61,820 nucleotides of DNA from positions 1-61,820 of the forward strand of contig CATZPY010000004.1 in the NCBI GenBank assembly GCA_958422985.1, in the 5' to 3' direction. The notes under the pieces were generated by a model that was not told the DNA's origin, did not search any database, and saw nothing but the letters and a program-made list of their open reading frames with translations. Source of the stretch: an uncultured Clostridium sp. Lineage in GTDB: Bacteria > Bacillota > Clostridia > TANB77 > CAG-508. Positions 10,578-19,148 of this stretch are shown in pieces (the first letter of the stretch is position 1; every line of letters begins with the position of its first letter). The position numbers and the translations under genes are program-made.

Positions 10578-10652
10578 AAAAGTGCTCCTAAGATTTTCTA
10601 GCAAGTATAAATTCTAAGAAAATATAAGATGCGCTATAATTCCCTACTATGC
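10578..10652 (-). repeat. Dispersed intergenic element, family 1, copy 1 (shorter and degraded)
   Basis: GTGCTCCTAAGATTTTCTAGCAAGTATAAATTCTAAGAAAATATAAGATGCGCTATAATTCCCTACTATGC aligns with copies 2 and 3 but lacks about 18 nt of module 2. Confidence 0.7.
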
Positions 10653-10657
10653 AAAAA

Positions 10658-10695
10658 ACGAATACAAAATTTTTTATAAAAAATTTTGTATTCGT
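10658..10695. terminator. Bidirectional intrinsic terminator between two convergent genes
   Basis: 16-bp perfect stem ACGAATACAAAATTTT / AAAATTTTGTATTCGT, with an A-run on the left and a T-run on the right. Confidence 0.8.
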
Positions 10696-10699
10696 TTTT

Positions 10700-11563
10700 T
10701 TATTCTAATAAATCATAAATATTTTCGAAAACATAACCTTTTTCCTTTAACATTTGTATCAATCGTGGTAAAAGTTCAGATGTTCCTTTTTTTATACCTG
10801 TATCATGCATTAAAATTACTACACTATTTTTATTTCCTATGGTTTTTTCCACATAATTTAGCATTTCATCCGCACTATCTAAGCCTGCCGCATCTGCTGT
10901 TAGTGCATTCCAATCCAAATGTGCAACATTATTTTGACTTAGCAAATTAACAGCATCTTTTTTTACATTAGCATATTTTCCACCTACTGTTCCTCCTGGA
11001 AATCTAAATAGTCTAGAATTATAATTTTGATTTCCTATTGCATTTTTTATAGCAATTTCTGTTCTATTATACTCATCTAGGACGTTTTGTGGTGATGCAT
11101 ATATATTAGCATATACATGTGTAAAACTATGATTAGCTATATAATGTCCTTCTTGATATGCTCTTCTTACTATTTCTGGATATCTTTCTGCATTACTTCC
11201 TAAAACAAAAAATGTAGCTTTTACATTATTTTCTTTTAATATATCTAAAATTGGAATTGTAACAGACTTAGATGGTCCATCATCAAATGTTAAAAATACT
11301 CTTTTATAATTTGAATTATATATATTCGCTACTCTATTAACTATTTCATTCTTTTTTACTTCATCTGAATAAAATAATTTGTGCTCTGGTACACTTTTCT
11401 GAGATATTTTTTGTTCAATTATACTTAATTTATTATTATAACTGCGTATTCCGAAAAATGATGCTACAGACACAATTACTATAATTAATATAATAGAGAT
11501 TGTAATTATTATCACTTTTTTTATATTTAATCTTGGTTTTATTTCTATTAAATCTAATGTCAT
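10700..11563 (-). CDS. Polysaccharide deacetylase family protein (NodB domain, membrane-anchored)
   Basis: 287 aa. N-terminal TM segment, then VFLTFDDGPS...HSFTH...LMHD NodB motifs. Confidence 0.85.
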   Translation of the reverse strand: MTLDLIEIKPRLNIKKVIIITISIILIIVIVSVASFFGIRSYNNKLSIIEQKISQKSVPEHKLFYSDEVKKNEIVNRVANIYNSNYKRVFLTFDDGPSKSVTIPILDILKENNVKATFFVLGSNAERYPEIVRRAYQEGHYIANHSFTHVYANIYASPQNVLDEYNRTEIAIKNAIGNQNYNSRLFRFPGGTVGGKYANVKKDAVNLLSQNNVAHLDWNALTADAAGLDSADEMLNYVEKTIGNKNSVVILMHDTGIKKGTSELLPRLIQMLKEKGYVFENIYDLLE

Positions 11564-11619
11564 CTTCGCTCACCTAATAATTGTATTTAACACATTATAT
11601 ATTAATTTTTCCAAAAATT

Positions 11620-11658
11620 CAACCGGGATTTTAATGACTTACCTCTAATCCCGGTTGG
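11620..11658 (-). terminator. Copy A of the GC-rich hairpin repeat; probable terminator of the ATPase gene
   Basis: CAACCGGGATT...AATCCCGGTTGG stem, 4 nt after the ATPase stop codon. On the minus strand it is followed by AATTTTTGG. Confidence 0.65.
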
Positions 11659-11662
11659 TATG

Positions 11663-14461
11663 TTATGCTTCTTCTTTTGATGTATTTATTTTTAATAATT
11701 TGAATATTTCTACTATTACTAGTGGTGCTAGTATTAAGAATATTGTTTCTATTAAGTTACTCATAGGTAAAATTGGTATACTAAATATGTGTCTTAATGC
11801 TGGTACTAGTAATATTACAAGCATTAATGCTGCTGAACCACCTATTGCTAACAATAGCATTTTGTTGTTAAATGGATGTGTTTTAAATATAGATTTTTTA
11901 TTATTTCTAATATTAAATACATGTACAAGTTCTGAAAATGCTAATACTATAAACGCCATTGTTTGACCTATTTCTACTTTTACTTCTTGTGGTTCTACAT
12001 ATTTGGCTCCATTTGCTAGAGCTTCGTCTAAATTTTCTACTTCTTCTACACTATATAATGTTCCTTCTACTCTTACCATTTTTGGTAAGTTTTCTTCTGG
12101 TGTTGCAAGTCCTATTATAAATGCTGCAAGTGTAAGTAAACCAATCATAATACCTTGGTATACTACTCTAAAGCTCATTCCTTTTGTAAATATACCTTTT
12201 TGCTTATTAGGTTTTCTTTTCATTACATCATCTTCAGCTGGGTCTACTGCTAAAGCTAATGCTGGAAGTGAATCTGTTACTAGGTTAACCCATAATATAT
12301 GAATTGGAAGTAATACTTCTATTAAACCGATATCTATTCCAAATGTGCTTCCAAGCCATGGTGTTAAAAGAATTGCAAGGAATAATACTATTATTTCACC
12401 AACATTACTAGAAAGTAAAAATTGTATTGCTTTTAATATATTGTCATAAATACGTCTTCCTTCTTCTACAGAAGATACGATAGTTGCAAAATTGTCGTCT
12501 GTTAAAATTACATCTGCTGCTTCTTTAGAAACGTCTGTACCAACAATCCCCATTGCACAACCAATATCTGCTGTTTTTAATGCTGGTGCATCGTTTACAC
12601 CATCTCCTGTCATTGCTACAATTTCACCATTTGCTTGCCATGCCTTTACTATTCTAACTTTATGCTCTGGTGATACTCTTGCATATACTGAATATTTTCT
12701 AATGTTTTTTGTTAAATCTTCATCTGACATTTCTTCAAGTTCGTTACCTGTTATTGCTTCTTCTTCATTTTCAAGTATTCCTAATGCTTTTGCAATTGCT
12801 ACAGCTGTTATTTTGTGATCACCTGTAATCATTACTGTTTTTATTCCTGCTGTTTTACATTTTTCTACTGCTACTTTTACTTCTTCTCTTGGTGGGTCTA
12901 TCATTCCAACCATTCCAACATATATTAAATTATTTTCTATATTTTTCATTTCTTCATCTGTTGGTTCATGGTCTAGTTCTTTATATGCCATTGCTAGTAC
13001 TCTTAAAGCTTCTTTAGCCATACTAACATTGTATTTGTCTATTACAATTTTATAATTTTCTAAATCTGTTTTTACTTCTCCATTGATTGAATAAGAATTA
13101 CATCTTGAAAGTAATTCATCTATTCCACCTTTTGTATAAACAATATATTTATCTCCTACTTTGTTTACGGTTGTCATTAATTTTCTGTCTGAATCAAATG
13201 GAATTTCTTTTATTCTTTTTAATTTTAAAATTTCTTTAACATTATATCCTATTTTAAATCCTAAATCTATTAATGCAGTTTCTGTTGGATCTCCTGTTAA
13301 TTGGTCTTCTGCACCAATTTTAGTGTCATTACATAATGTACATACTTCCATTACTTTATTTAGTTCATTACTTATTTCTTTCACATTTGCAACATCTTCT
13401 AATTTTCCATTTGCAAATATTTTTTGAACTGTCATTTTATTTTGTGTTAAAGTTCCTGTTTTATCTGAACATATTACTGTAGCACTTCCTAAAGTTTCTA
13501 CAGCTGGTAATTTCTTTATTATTGCATTTTTCTTTACCATTCTTTGTACCCCAATTGCTAAAACAATTGTAGATACTGCTGCTAAACCTTCTGGTATTGC
13601 TGCTACTGCTAAACTTACAGCTGTCATAAACATATCTATTACATTTTTTCCATATGCAATACCTATTACAAATATTACTACACAGATTGCAAGAGCTGCT
13701 ATTCCTAATGTTTTACCTAATTTATTTAATTTTGTTTGAAGTGGTGTTTCTGTTCCTTCTGTGTCATTAATTATTTTTGCAATTTTACCAACTTCTGTAT
13801 TCATACCTGTTTCTACAACAATACCTTTTCCTCTTCCATATGTTATAAGTGAAGATGAGAAAAGCATGTTTTTTCTGTCACCAAGACTAACTTTTTCGTC
13901 TTCTATTATTTCTATATCTTTGTCTACAGGTACAGATTCTCCAGTTAAAGATGCTTCTTGTGATTTCAGATTTGCACTTTCTACTATTCTTAAATCTGCT
14001 GGAACATAATCACCTGTATCTAAAACAACTACATCTCCTGGAACTAATTCTTTAGATTGTACTACTGTTACTTTCCCATTACGCATAACTTTTGATGCAT
14101 GTGCACTTAATTTTTGTAGAGCTTCTAAAGATTTTTCTGCTTTATTTTCTTGTACTACACCTATTATTGCATTAACTATAACTACTATTAAAATAATAAT
14201 TGTATCTGTTATTCCTTCCCCTTCTGCAATTCCTACTGCTCCGGAAACTACTGCTGCTACAATTAAAACAATTATCATAAAATCTTTAAACTGTTCTAAA
14301 AATTTTACAAATAAAGATTTTTTCTTTTTTTGCTTTAGCTCATTCATTCCATACTTTTCGTAATTTACTTTTACTTGTTCATCTGTTAAGCCAATTTTTA
14401 TGTCTGTTTGCAATTCTTTTTCTACTTGACTTATTCCTTTGTTAAACCAATTCACTTTCAT
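11663..14461 (-). CDS. P-type (P2A-like) cation-transporting ATPase, Ca2+/Mn2+ type
   Basis: 932 aa. CSDKTGTLT phosphorylation motif, plus TGES, MITGDH, MTGDGVNDAPALK and 10 TM segments. Confidence 0.9.
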   Translation of the reverse strand: MKVNWFNKGISQVEKELQTDIKIGLTDEQVKVNYEKYGMNELKQKKKKSLFVKFLEQFKDFMIIVLIVAAVVSGAVGIAEGEGITDTIIILIVVIVNAIIGVVQENKAEKSLEALQKLSAHASKVMRNGKVTVVQSKELVPGDVVVLDTGDYVPADLRIVESANLKSQEASLTGESVPVDKDIEIIEDEKVSLGDRKNMLFSSSLITYGRGKGIVVETGMNTEVGKIAKIINDTEGTETPLQTKLNKLGKTLGIAALAICVVIFVIGIAYGKNVIDMFMTAVSLAVAAIPEGLAAVSTIVLAIGVQRMVKKNAIIKKLPAVETLGSATVICSDKTGTLTQNKMTVQKIFANGKLEDVANVKEISNELNKVMEVCTLCNDTKIGAEDQLTGDPTETALIDLGFKIGYNVKEILKLKRIKEIPFDSDRKLMTTVNKVGDKYIVYTKGGIDELLSRCNSYSINGEVKTDLENYKIVIDKYNVSMAKEALRVLAMAYKELDHEPTDEEMKNIENNLIYVGMVGMIDPPREEVKVAVEKCKTAGIKTVMITGDHKITAVAIAKALGILENEEEAITGNELEEMSDEDLTKNIRKYSVYARVSPEHKVRIVKAWQANGEIVAMTGDGVNDAPALKTADIGCAMGIVGTDVSKEAADVILTDDNFATIVSSVEEGRRIYDNILKAIQFLLSSNVGEIIVLFLAILLTPWLGSTFGIDIGLIEVLLPIHILWVNLVTDSLPALALAVDPAEDDVMKRKPNKQKGIFTKGMSFRVVYQGIMIGLLTLAAFIIGLATPEENLPKMVRVEGTLYSVEEVENLDEALANGAKYVEPQEVKVEIGQTMAFIVLAFSELVHVFNIRNNKKSIFKTHPFNNKMLLLAIGGSAALMLVILLVPALRHIFSIPILPMSNLIETIFLILAPLVIVEIFKLLKINTSKEEA

Positions 14462-14477
14462 CTCTCCTTTTTTATAT

Positions 14478-14606
14478 TATACACAAAAAGCAAGACTTTA
14501 AAAAACTTTCTGTGTTTTCTAAAAGTCTTGCTTACCTAAATTAGGTTACTAACCAGAATAGTTCGAGTCTGTTGATTAGTAGTTTATAAGCTACTCCCTT
14601 TTAAAG
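14478..14606 (-). promoter_or_regulatory. yybP-ykoY (Mn2+) riboswitch candidate with its terminator expression platform, in the 5' leader of the ATPase
   Basis: The minus-strand RNA reads UUAAAAGGGAGUAGC-(hairpin AGUAG/CUACU)-...-ACCUAAUUUAGGU-AAGCAAGACUUUUAG. The GGGAGUAGC and AGCAAGAC-UUUU blocks and the P1 pairing AAAAG/CUUUU match my recollection of the L. lactis/B. subtilis Mn2+ aptamer. The 3' aptamer strand (AAGCAAGACUUU) is also the 5' arm of a 12-bp terminator (14485-14532) that is followed by UUUUUGUG. Confidence 0.7.
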
Positions 14607-14612
14607 TAGTTG

Positions 14613-14641
14613 TATTGTATCACTTAATATATTCTTTTTCA
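14613..14641 (-). promoter_or_regulatory. Sigma-A-type promoter for the riboswitch-ATPase transcript
   Basis: On the minus strand: TTGAAA, a 17-nt spacer, then TACAAT (preceded by GTGA). It lies about 7 nt upstream of the aptamer start. Confidence 0.5.
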
Positions 14642-14677
14642 ATATCTAATCGCAAAAATTTGTCTTTAAATAAATAT

Positions 14678-15367
14678 CTATTTAGCATATAAAATTAACC
14701 TTGCAGAACCATTTTGTGAACATGTTGCAAGCGTTATTTCTGGAACGCCACCTGTATCTCTAAACATATAATTTGTATCTTGTGGTGTTGTTTCAAATTT
14801 ATTATATATTGTATATTCTACTGTTACACCATATAAGTCTGTAACATATACTTTATCTCCTATGTTTAAATTCTTATTTTTAGAAAAGAATAATCTATTT
14901 AAATAATTATGACCTGCGATTACTGTATTACCTGGTTCATTTGGTCCTGGACCATATTCTACACATACGCCTTTTTCTAAAGCCTGTTTTGAAAGCGTTG
15001 CTATAATTGGATATTTTATTCCTGTTTTTGGAATTCTTATATAACCACATATATCATAATTATAATATTTTTTTGCACTCTTTTTAGTTTTAGATCTTCT
15101 TGCACTACTTACTTTCTTTGCTTTGTTGTTTATAGTGCTTCCCTCTTGATTTCCAGAAGTTTCTACTGTTTCATCATTTATTATATCTTCTTCTAATTCT
15201 CCTATTTCATTTTCGAATTCTGCTATGTATTCTTCCGAATCATCATTTATAATTTTAGCAGAAATAAATTTATATGCTATATAGCCAGCGATACATAGTA
15301 ATGCTATTAATAATATTATAAAAAAAACATTTAGAATTTTTTTATATGTTTCTTCTGCTCTACTCAT
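14678..15367 (-). CDS. Sortase family transpeptidase (paralog 1)
   Basis: 229 aa. N-terminal TM anchor, VIAGHNY (catalytic His), ITLATCS (TLxTC Cys) and a downstream Arg (ARL). Confidence 0.85.
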   Translation of the reverse strand: MSRAEETYKKILNVFFIILLIALLCIAGYIAYKFISAKIINDDSEEYIAEFENEIGELEEDIINDETVETSGNQEGSTINNKAKKVSSARRSKTKKSAKKYYNYDICGYIRIPKTGIKYPIIATLSKQALEKGVCVEYGPGPNEPGNTVIAGHNYLNRLFFSKNKNLNIGDKVYVTDLYGVTVEYTIYNKFETTPQDTNYMFRDTGGVPEITLATCSQNGSARLILYAK

Positions 15368-15383
15368 TTTTTCCTCCTAATCC

Positions 15384-15414
15384 TCGGGATTGGGGGACGG
15401 TCCTTAAAATCCCG
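15384..15414 (-). repeat. Copy B of the GC-rich hairpin repeat, inverted relative to the other copies
   Basis: The minus strand reads CCGGGATTTTAAGGACCGTCCCCCAATCCCG. It sits immediately upstream of the RBS (AGGAGG) of sortase paralog 1. Confidence 0.7.
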
Positions 15415-15451
15415 GTTTCTTAATATAAATACTCATAATAAAAAAAACTTT

Positions 15452-15485
15452 AAAAGTGAATTGTACAAAATTACAATTCACTTTT
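15452..15485 (-). terminator. Intrinsic terminator of sortase paralog 2
   Basis: 14-bp stem AAAAGTGAATTGTA / TACAATTCACTTTT, followed on the minus strand by a T8 run. Confidence 0.8.
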
Positions 15486-15506
15486 AAACAAAAATCAATT
15501 TATGTA

Positions 15507-16178
15507 TTAATTAACAAGTCTTGCCCAAATTATAATTCTTGCTTTACTATCATCTGTACAAGTAGTTAAAGATATTTCTGGCTTTCCATCTGTATTTCTT
15601 TCCATATAGTCTGAATCTTCTGGAGTTGTTTCGTATTTATTATATACTTCATATTTTAATTTATTTCCGGCATTATCTGTAATATATATAATATCTCCAT
15701 TTTGCAATTTGTAATTGTTTGAAAAGAATTGTCCATTTCTATAGTTGTGTCCTGCAATTACTGTATTTCCTACTTGGTTTGGTCCTGGACCATATAGTTG
15801 TACTACAGATGTATTCATTGCTTTTGTTCCCATTTGTTTTAATATTGGAAGATCTACATTAGTTTTTGGTATTTCTATTGCTCCCAAAACGTCGAACCCT
15901 TTAAATTTCTTTTCACCTGTACCACCATTACCACTTGTGTTTGAAACAGAATTAACATCCATTAGTGAATTAAAATCGCCTACAACATTGTTTGTTTCTA
16001 AAGGTTTAATCCCTGCATTGTTTCTAAATTCTTCTTCCATAAAAGCTTGTGTATCTTCTTCTAAAAAATATTTTGTATACATTTCATAACCCAAAAATCC
16101 TAATAGTCCGACTATTCCGATTATTACAACAACTAATAATACAGTTAGTACTTTACTATATTTACTATCTATAAACAT
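15507..16178 (-). CDS. Sortase family transpeptidase (paralog 2)
   Basis: 223 aa. TM anchor, VIAGHNY and ISLTTCT motifs. It aligns with paralog 1 across YGPGPN..GNTVIAGHNY...YNK(F/Y)ETTP(Q/E)D. Confidence 0.85.
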   Translation of the reverse strand: MFIDSKYSKVLTVLLVVVIIGIVGLLGFLGYEMYTKYFLEEDTQAFMEEEFRNNAGIKPLETNNVVGDFNSLMDVNSVSNTSGNGGTGEKKFKGFDVLGAIEIPKTNVDLPILKQMGTKAMNTSVVQLYGPGPNQVGNTVIAGHNYRNGQFFSNNYKLQNGDIIYITDNAGNKLKYEVYNKYETTPEDSDYMERNTDGKPEISLTTCTDDSKARIIIWARLVN

Positions 16179-16264
16179 AATTTTACCTCCAATTATTTCT
16201 CTAAAGTATATTATACCATATGTTTGTATATTTTCCTATACTTTATGTAAATTTTTCTTTTGTT

Positions 16265-16609
16265 TTAGCACATCTTCGTTCCTAATTTTTTTCCTCCTAT
16301 TAAGTGAAAATGTAGGTGTTTAACCTCTTGTCCTCCATCTTCTTTGCAATTATTTATTATCCTATAGCCACTATCTGCAATTCCTTGTTCTTTAGCTATT
16401 TTATTTATTACTAAGTGTATTTTTGCAATAATATCTGAATCTTTTTCGCTTACTTCACTTATATCATTAAAGTGTTTTTTTGGTATTACTAATATATGCA
16501 CTGGCGCTATTGGATTTATGTCTTTAAATGCTAATATTTCTTCATCTTCATATACTATTGTAGATGGTATTTCTTTATTAATTATTTTACAAAACAAACA
16601 ATTTTCCAT
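16265..16609 (-). CDS. HIT family (histidine triad) nucleotide hydrolase
   Basis: 114 aa, with the HLHFHLIGG histidine triad. Confidence 0.9.
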   Translation of the reverse strand: MENCLFCKIINKEIPSTIVYEDEEILAFKDINPIAPVHILVIPKKHFNDISEVSEKDSDIIAKIHLVINKIAKEQGIADSGYRIINNCKEDGGQEVKHLHFHLIGGKKLGTKMC

Positions 16610-16625
16610 TTTCGTACCTCCATTA

Positions 16626-18380
16626 CTATTCTTTAACTAGTACTGCTTTTATTCTTCTAATTCCTGAAGAACTAGATTCTTCTTTTTTTATTTTAAATTT
16701 GCCCAGTTCTCCTGTATGTTTTACATGTGGTCCACCACAAATTTCTTTACTAAAATTGCCTATTGTATATACTTTTACTCTGTCACCATATTTACTTGTA
16801 AATAATCCTATTGCTCCAGAATTTTTAGCTTCATCATAAGACATTTCTTCACAAGTTACTTTTAAATCTTCTTCTATTTTTTTATTTACTAAGTCTTCAA
16901 CTTCTTTTATTTCCTCTTTTGTCATTTTCTGTGGATGTGTAAAGTCAAACCTTAGTCTTTCTGTAGTAATATTAGAGCCACTTTGTTTTACATGTTCTCC
17001 CAAAACTTCTCTTAAGGCTTCATGTAATAAATGTGTTGCAGTATGATAAGCTGTAGTTTGCTCGTTTTGTTCTGCTAAACCACCTTTAAATTTTTGTTCA
17101 CTACCTTGTCTTGATTTTTCTTGATGTTCTTTAAATAATTTATTAAACCCTTCCATGTCTACATTTATATTATTTTCTTTTGCCAATTCCTCTGTTACCT
17201 CTGGTGGGAAACCATAAGTATCATATAATCTAAATACTGTTTCTGAATCTATGCTATCTTTTCCTTGCTCTTTTGCTTTATTTGTAGCTTTTATAAATTC
17301 TCTTTCTCCATGTTCTAATGTTTTTACGAATTTATTTTGCTCTTCTAGTATAACTTGTACTATTATTTCTTTATTTTTAAGTAATTCTGGATACATTTCT
17401 TTTAAATTCTCTATATTTAAGTTTATTAAGTTTTCTGTTTCTGATAAGTTTATTTGAAGTTTATTTAAATGTCTTATCATTCTTCTTATTAGTCTTCTTA
17501 AAACATATCCTCTGTCTATATTACTTGGTCTTCCTCCATCTGCTATAATCATCATAGAAGATCTTAAATGTTCTGCAACAATTCTTCTACTTTGCACGTT
17601 ATCTATTTTTTGTAACTCTTCTAATTTTTGCATTACTGGTGCAAATAACTCTGTTTCAAATGGAGTTTGTTTTCCTTGTAATAGCATTGTCATTCTTTCT
17701 AATCCAAGCCCTGTATCTACATTATGTTGTTTTAGTTCTGTTAATTTTCCATCTTTATGATTAAAATATTTCATAAATACATTATTCCAAATTTCTACAT
17801 ATTTACCACAATCACAGTCTGGGTTACAACCTTCAGAACATTTTGGCTTACCTGTATCATAAAACATTTCTGTATCTGGGCCACAAGGACCTTCTTCTCC
17901 TGCTATCCACCAGTTTTCTTTTAAAAAATATATTCTTTCTTTTGGAATACCAACTTCTTCCCAATATTTTGCTGCTTCTTCATCTTTTTTAGCATCATCA
18001 TTTCCTGCAAAACAAGTAACAGATAATTTTTCCACTGGAATATTTAATTCTTTTGTTAAGAATTCAAAACTCATTTTTATTGCATCTTCTTTAAAATATG
18101 CTCCTAATGACCAATTACCTAACATTTCGAAATATGTTAAGTGTCTGTTATCTCCAACCTCTTCTATATCGTTTGTTCTTACACATTTTTGGTAATCTGT
18201 TAGTTTATTCCCTTCTGGATGCTTTTCTCCCAACAAATATGGTACTAGTGGTTGCATTCCAGCTGTTGTAAATAATACAGATGGATCATTAATTGGAATT
18301 AATGGTGCACTTGGTATTACTTTATGATTATGTTCTTCAAAAAATTTTAAAAACTTATTTCTTATTTCTATTGCTTTCAT
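16626..18380 (-). CDS. alaS: Alanine--tRNA ligase, short form (catalytic, tRNA-recognition and editing domains; no C-Ala domain)
   Basis: 584 aa. N-terminus FTTAGMQPLVPYLLG...QKCVRTNDIEEVGDNRHLTYFEMLGNWSLG is class IIc AlaRS. The editing domain carries HTATHLLH and CGGPHV. The protein ends right after the editing core. Confidence 0.8.
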   Translation of the reverse strand: MKAIEIRNKFLKFFEEHNHKVIPSAPLIPINDPSVLFTTAGMQPLVPYLLGEKHPEGNKLTDYQKCVRTNDIEEVGDNRHLTYFEMLGNWSLGAYFKEDAIKMSFEFLTKELNIPVEKLSVTCFAGNDDAKKDEEAAKYWEEVGIPKERIYFLKENWWIAGEEGPCGPDTEMFYDTGKPKCSEGCNPDCDCGKYVEIWNNVFMKYFNHKDGKLTELKQHNVDTGLGLERMTMLLQGKQTPFETELFAPVMQKLEELQKIDNVQSRRIVAEHLRSSMMIIADGGRPSNIDRGYVLRRLIRRMIRHLNKLQINLSETENLINLNIENLKEMYPELLKNKEIIVQVILEEQNKFVKTLEHGEREFIKATNKAKEQGKDSIDSETVFRLYDTYGFPPEVTEELAKENNINVDMEGFNKLFKEHQEKSRQGSEQKFKGGLAEQNEQTTAYHTATHLLHEALREVLGEHVKQSGSNITTERLRFDFTHPQKMTKEEIKEVEDLVNKKIEEDLKVTCEEMSYDEAKNSGAIGLFTSKYGDRVKVYTIGNFSKEICGGPHVKHTGELGKFKIKKEESSSSGIRRIKAVLVKE

Positions 18381-18563
18381 TTTCTTCTCCTTTTGGCTTT
18401 GCTTTTTTAATGCTAATATATTAATTTTAGCTTATTTTTCGCATTTAAATTATATTATATTCTAATGTAAATTGCAAGAATTATCATATTTTTATCTTTT
18501 AGTGCATAATTTAATTATTTCTAGAAATACTAATTTTAGACAAAACTTAAAAGGAGGAAATTT

Positions 18564-19119
18564 ATGAAAGCAACTGGAGTAGTAAGAAGAATTGATGATT
18601 TAGGTAGAGTAGTTATTCCAAAAGAGATACGAAAAACTTTAAGAATAAAAGAACGGTGATCCTTTAGAAATATTTACCGATAAAGAAGGTGAAGTTATAT
18701 TAAAAAAATACTCTCCTATTGGTGAATTATCTGAATTTGCCTTCGGATATGCTGAAACTTTAGCAAAAACAACAGGACATATTGCTTGCATAACAGATAA
18801 AGATACTGTTATTGCAGTTGCTGGTGGTTCTAAAAAAGATTACTTAGAGCAAAGTTTAAGTCAAGAAATAGAACAAATTATGGAAGATAAAGAAATTTAT
18901 AAAAGTGATAAAAATAATAATTTGTCTGTTCCTATTGTAAAAAATGATAAATCAGATAAAAAATATAATTCTCAAATTGTATATCCAATTATTTCTAATG
19001 GTGATTCTATTGGAACTGTTATATTACTTTCTAAAGAAGCTTCTACTAAAATGACTGATGTAGAAGCAAAAGTAGCACAATCTGCTGCTAGCTTCTTAGG
19101 TAGCCAAATGGAAATATAA
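18564..19119 (+). pseudogene. spoVT: Stage V sporulation protein T (AbrB-family regulator), interrupted by a +1 frameshift at an in-frame CGG (18654-18656)
   Basis: ATG at 18564 follows an AGGAGG. The reading is MKATGVVRRIDDLGRVVIPKEIRKTLRIKE-R-stop. Skipping C18654 gives IKEGDPLEIFTDKEGEVILKKYSPIGELSEF..., which joins the ORF 18880..19119 (GAF-like C-terminal domain). Confidence 0.85.
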
Positions 19120-19148
19120 TGCCTCAAATGAGGTGTTATACATATATT

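Noticed and set aside
10630-10640. A perfect TATAAT on the plus strand of the family-1 repeat (CGCTATAATT), read as an outward-facing promoter.
   Set aside because: In all copies a plus-strand transcript would be antisense to the neighbouring genes or would run straight into a terminator. There is no convincing -35. The minus-strand terminator reading explains the T-tracts better. I keep this only as an alternative.
18381-18563. A T-box leader upstream of the short alaS, and similarly upstream of hisS at 30431-30442.
   Set aside because: The alaS leader is under 180 nt and almost pure A/T, with no AGAGA/GNUGGUA-type specifier or T-box sequence or terminator/antiterminator pair. hisS starts 12 nt after the preceding gene.
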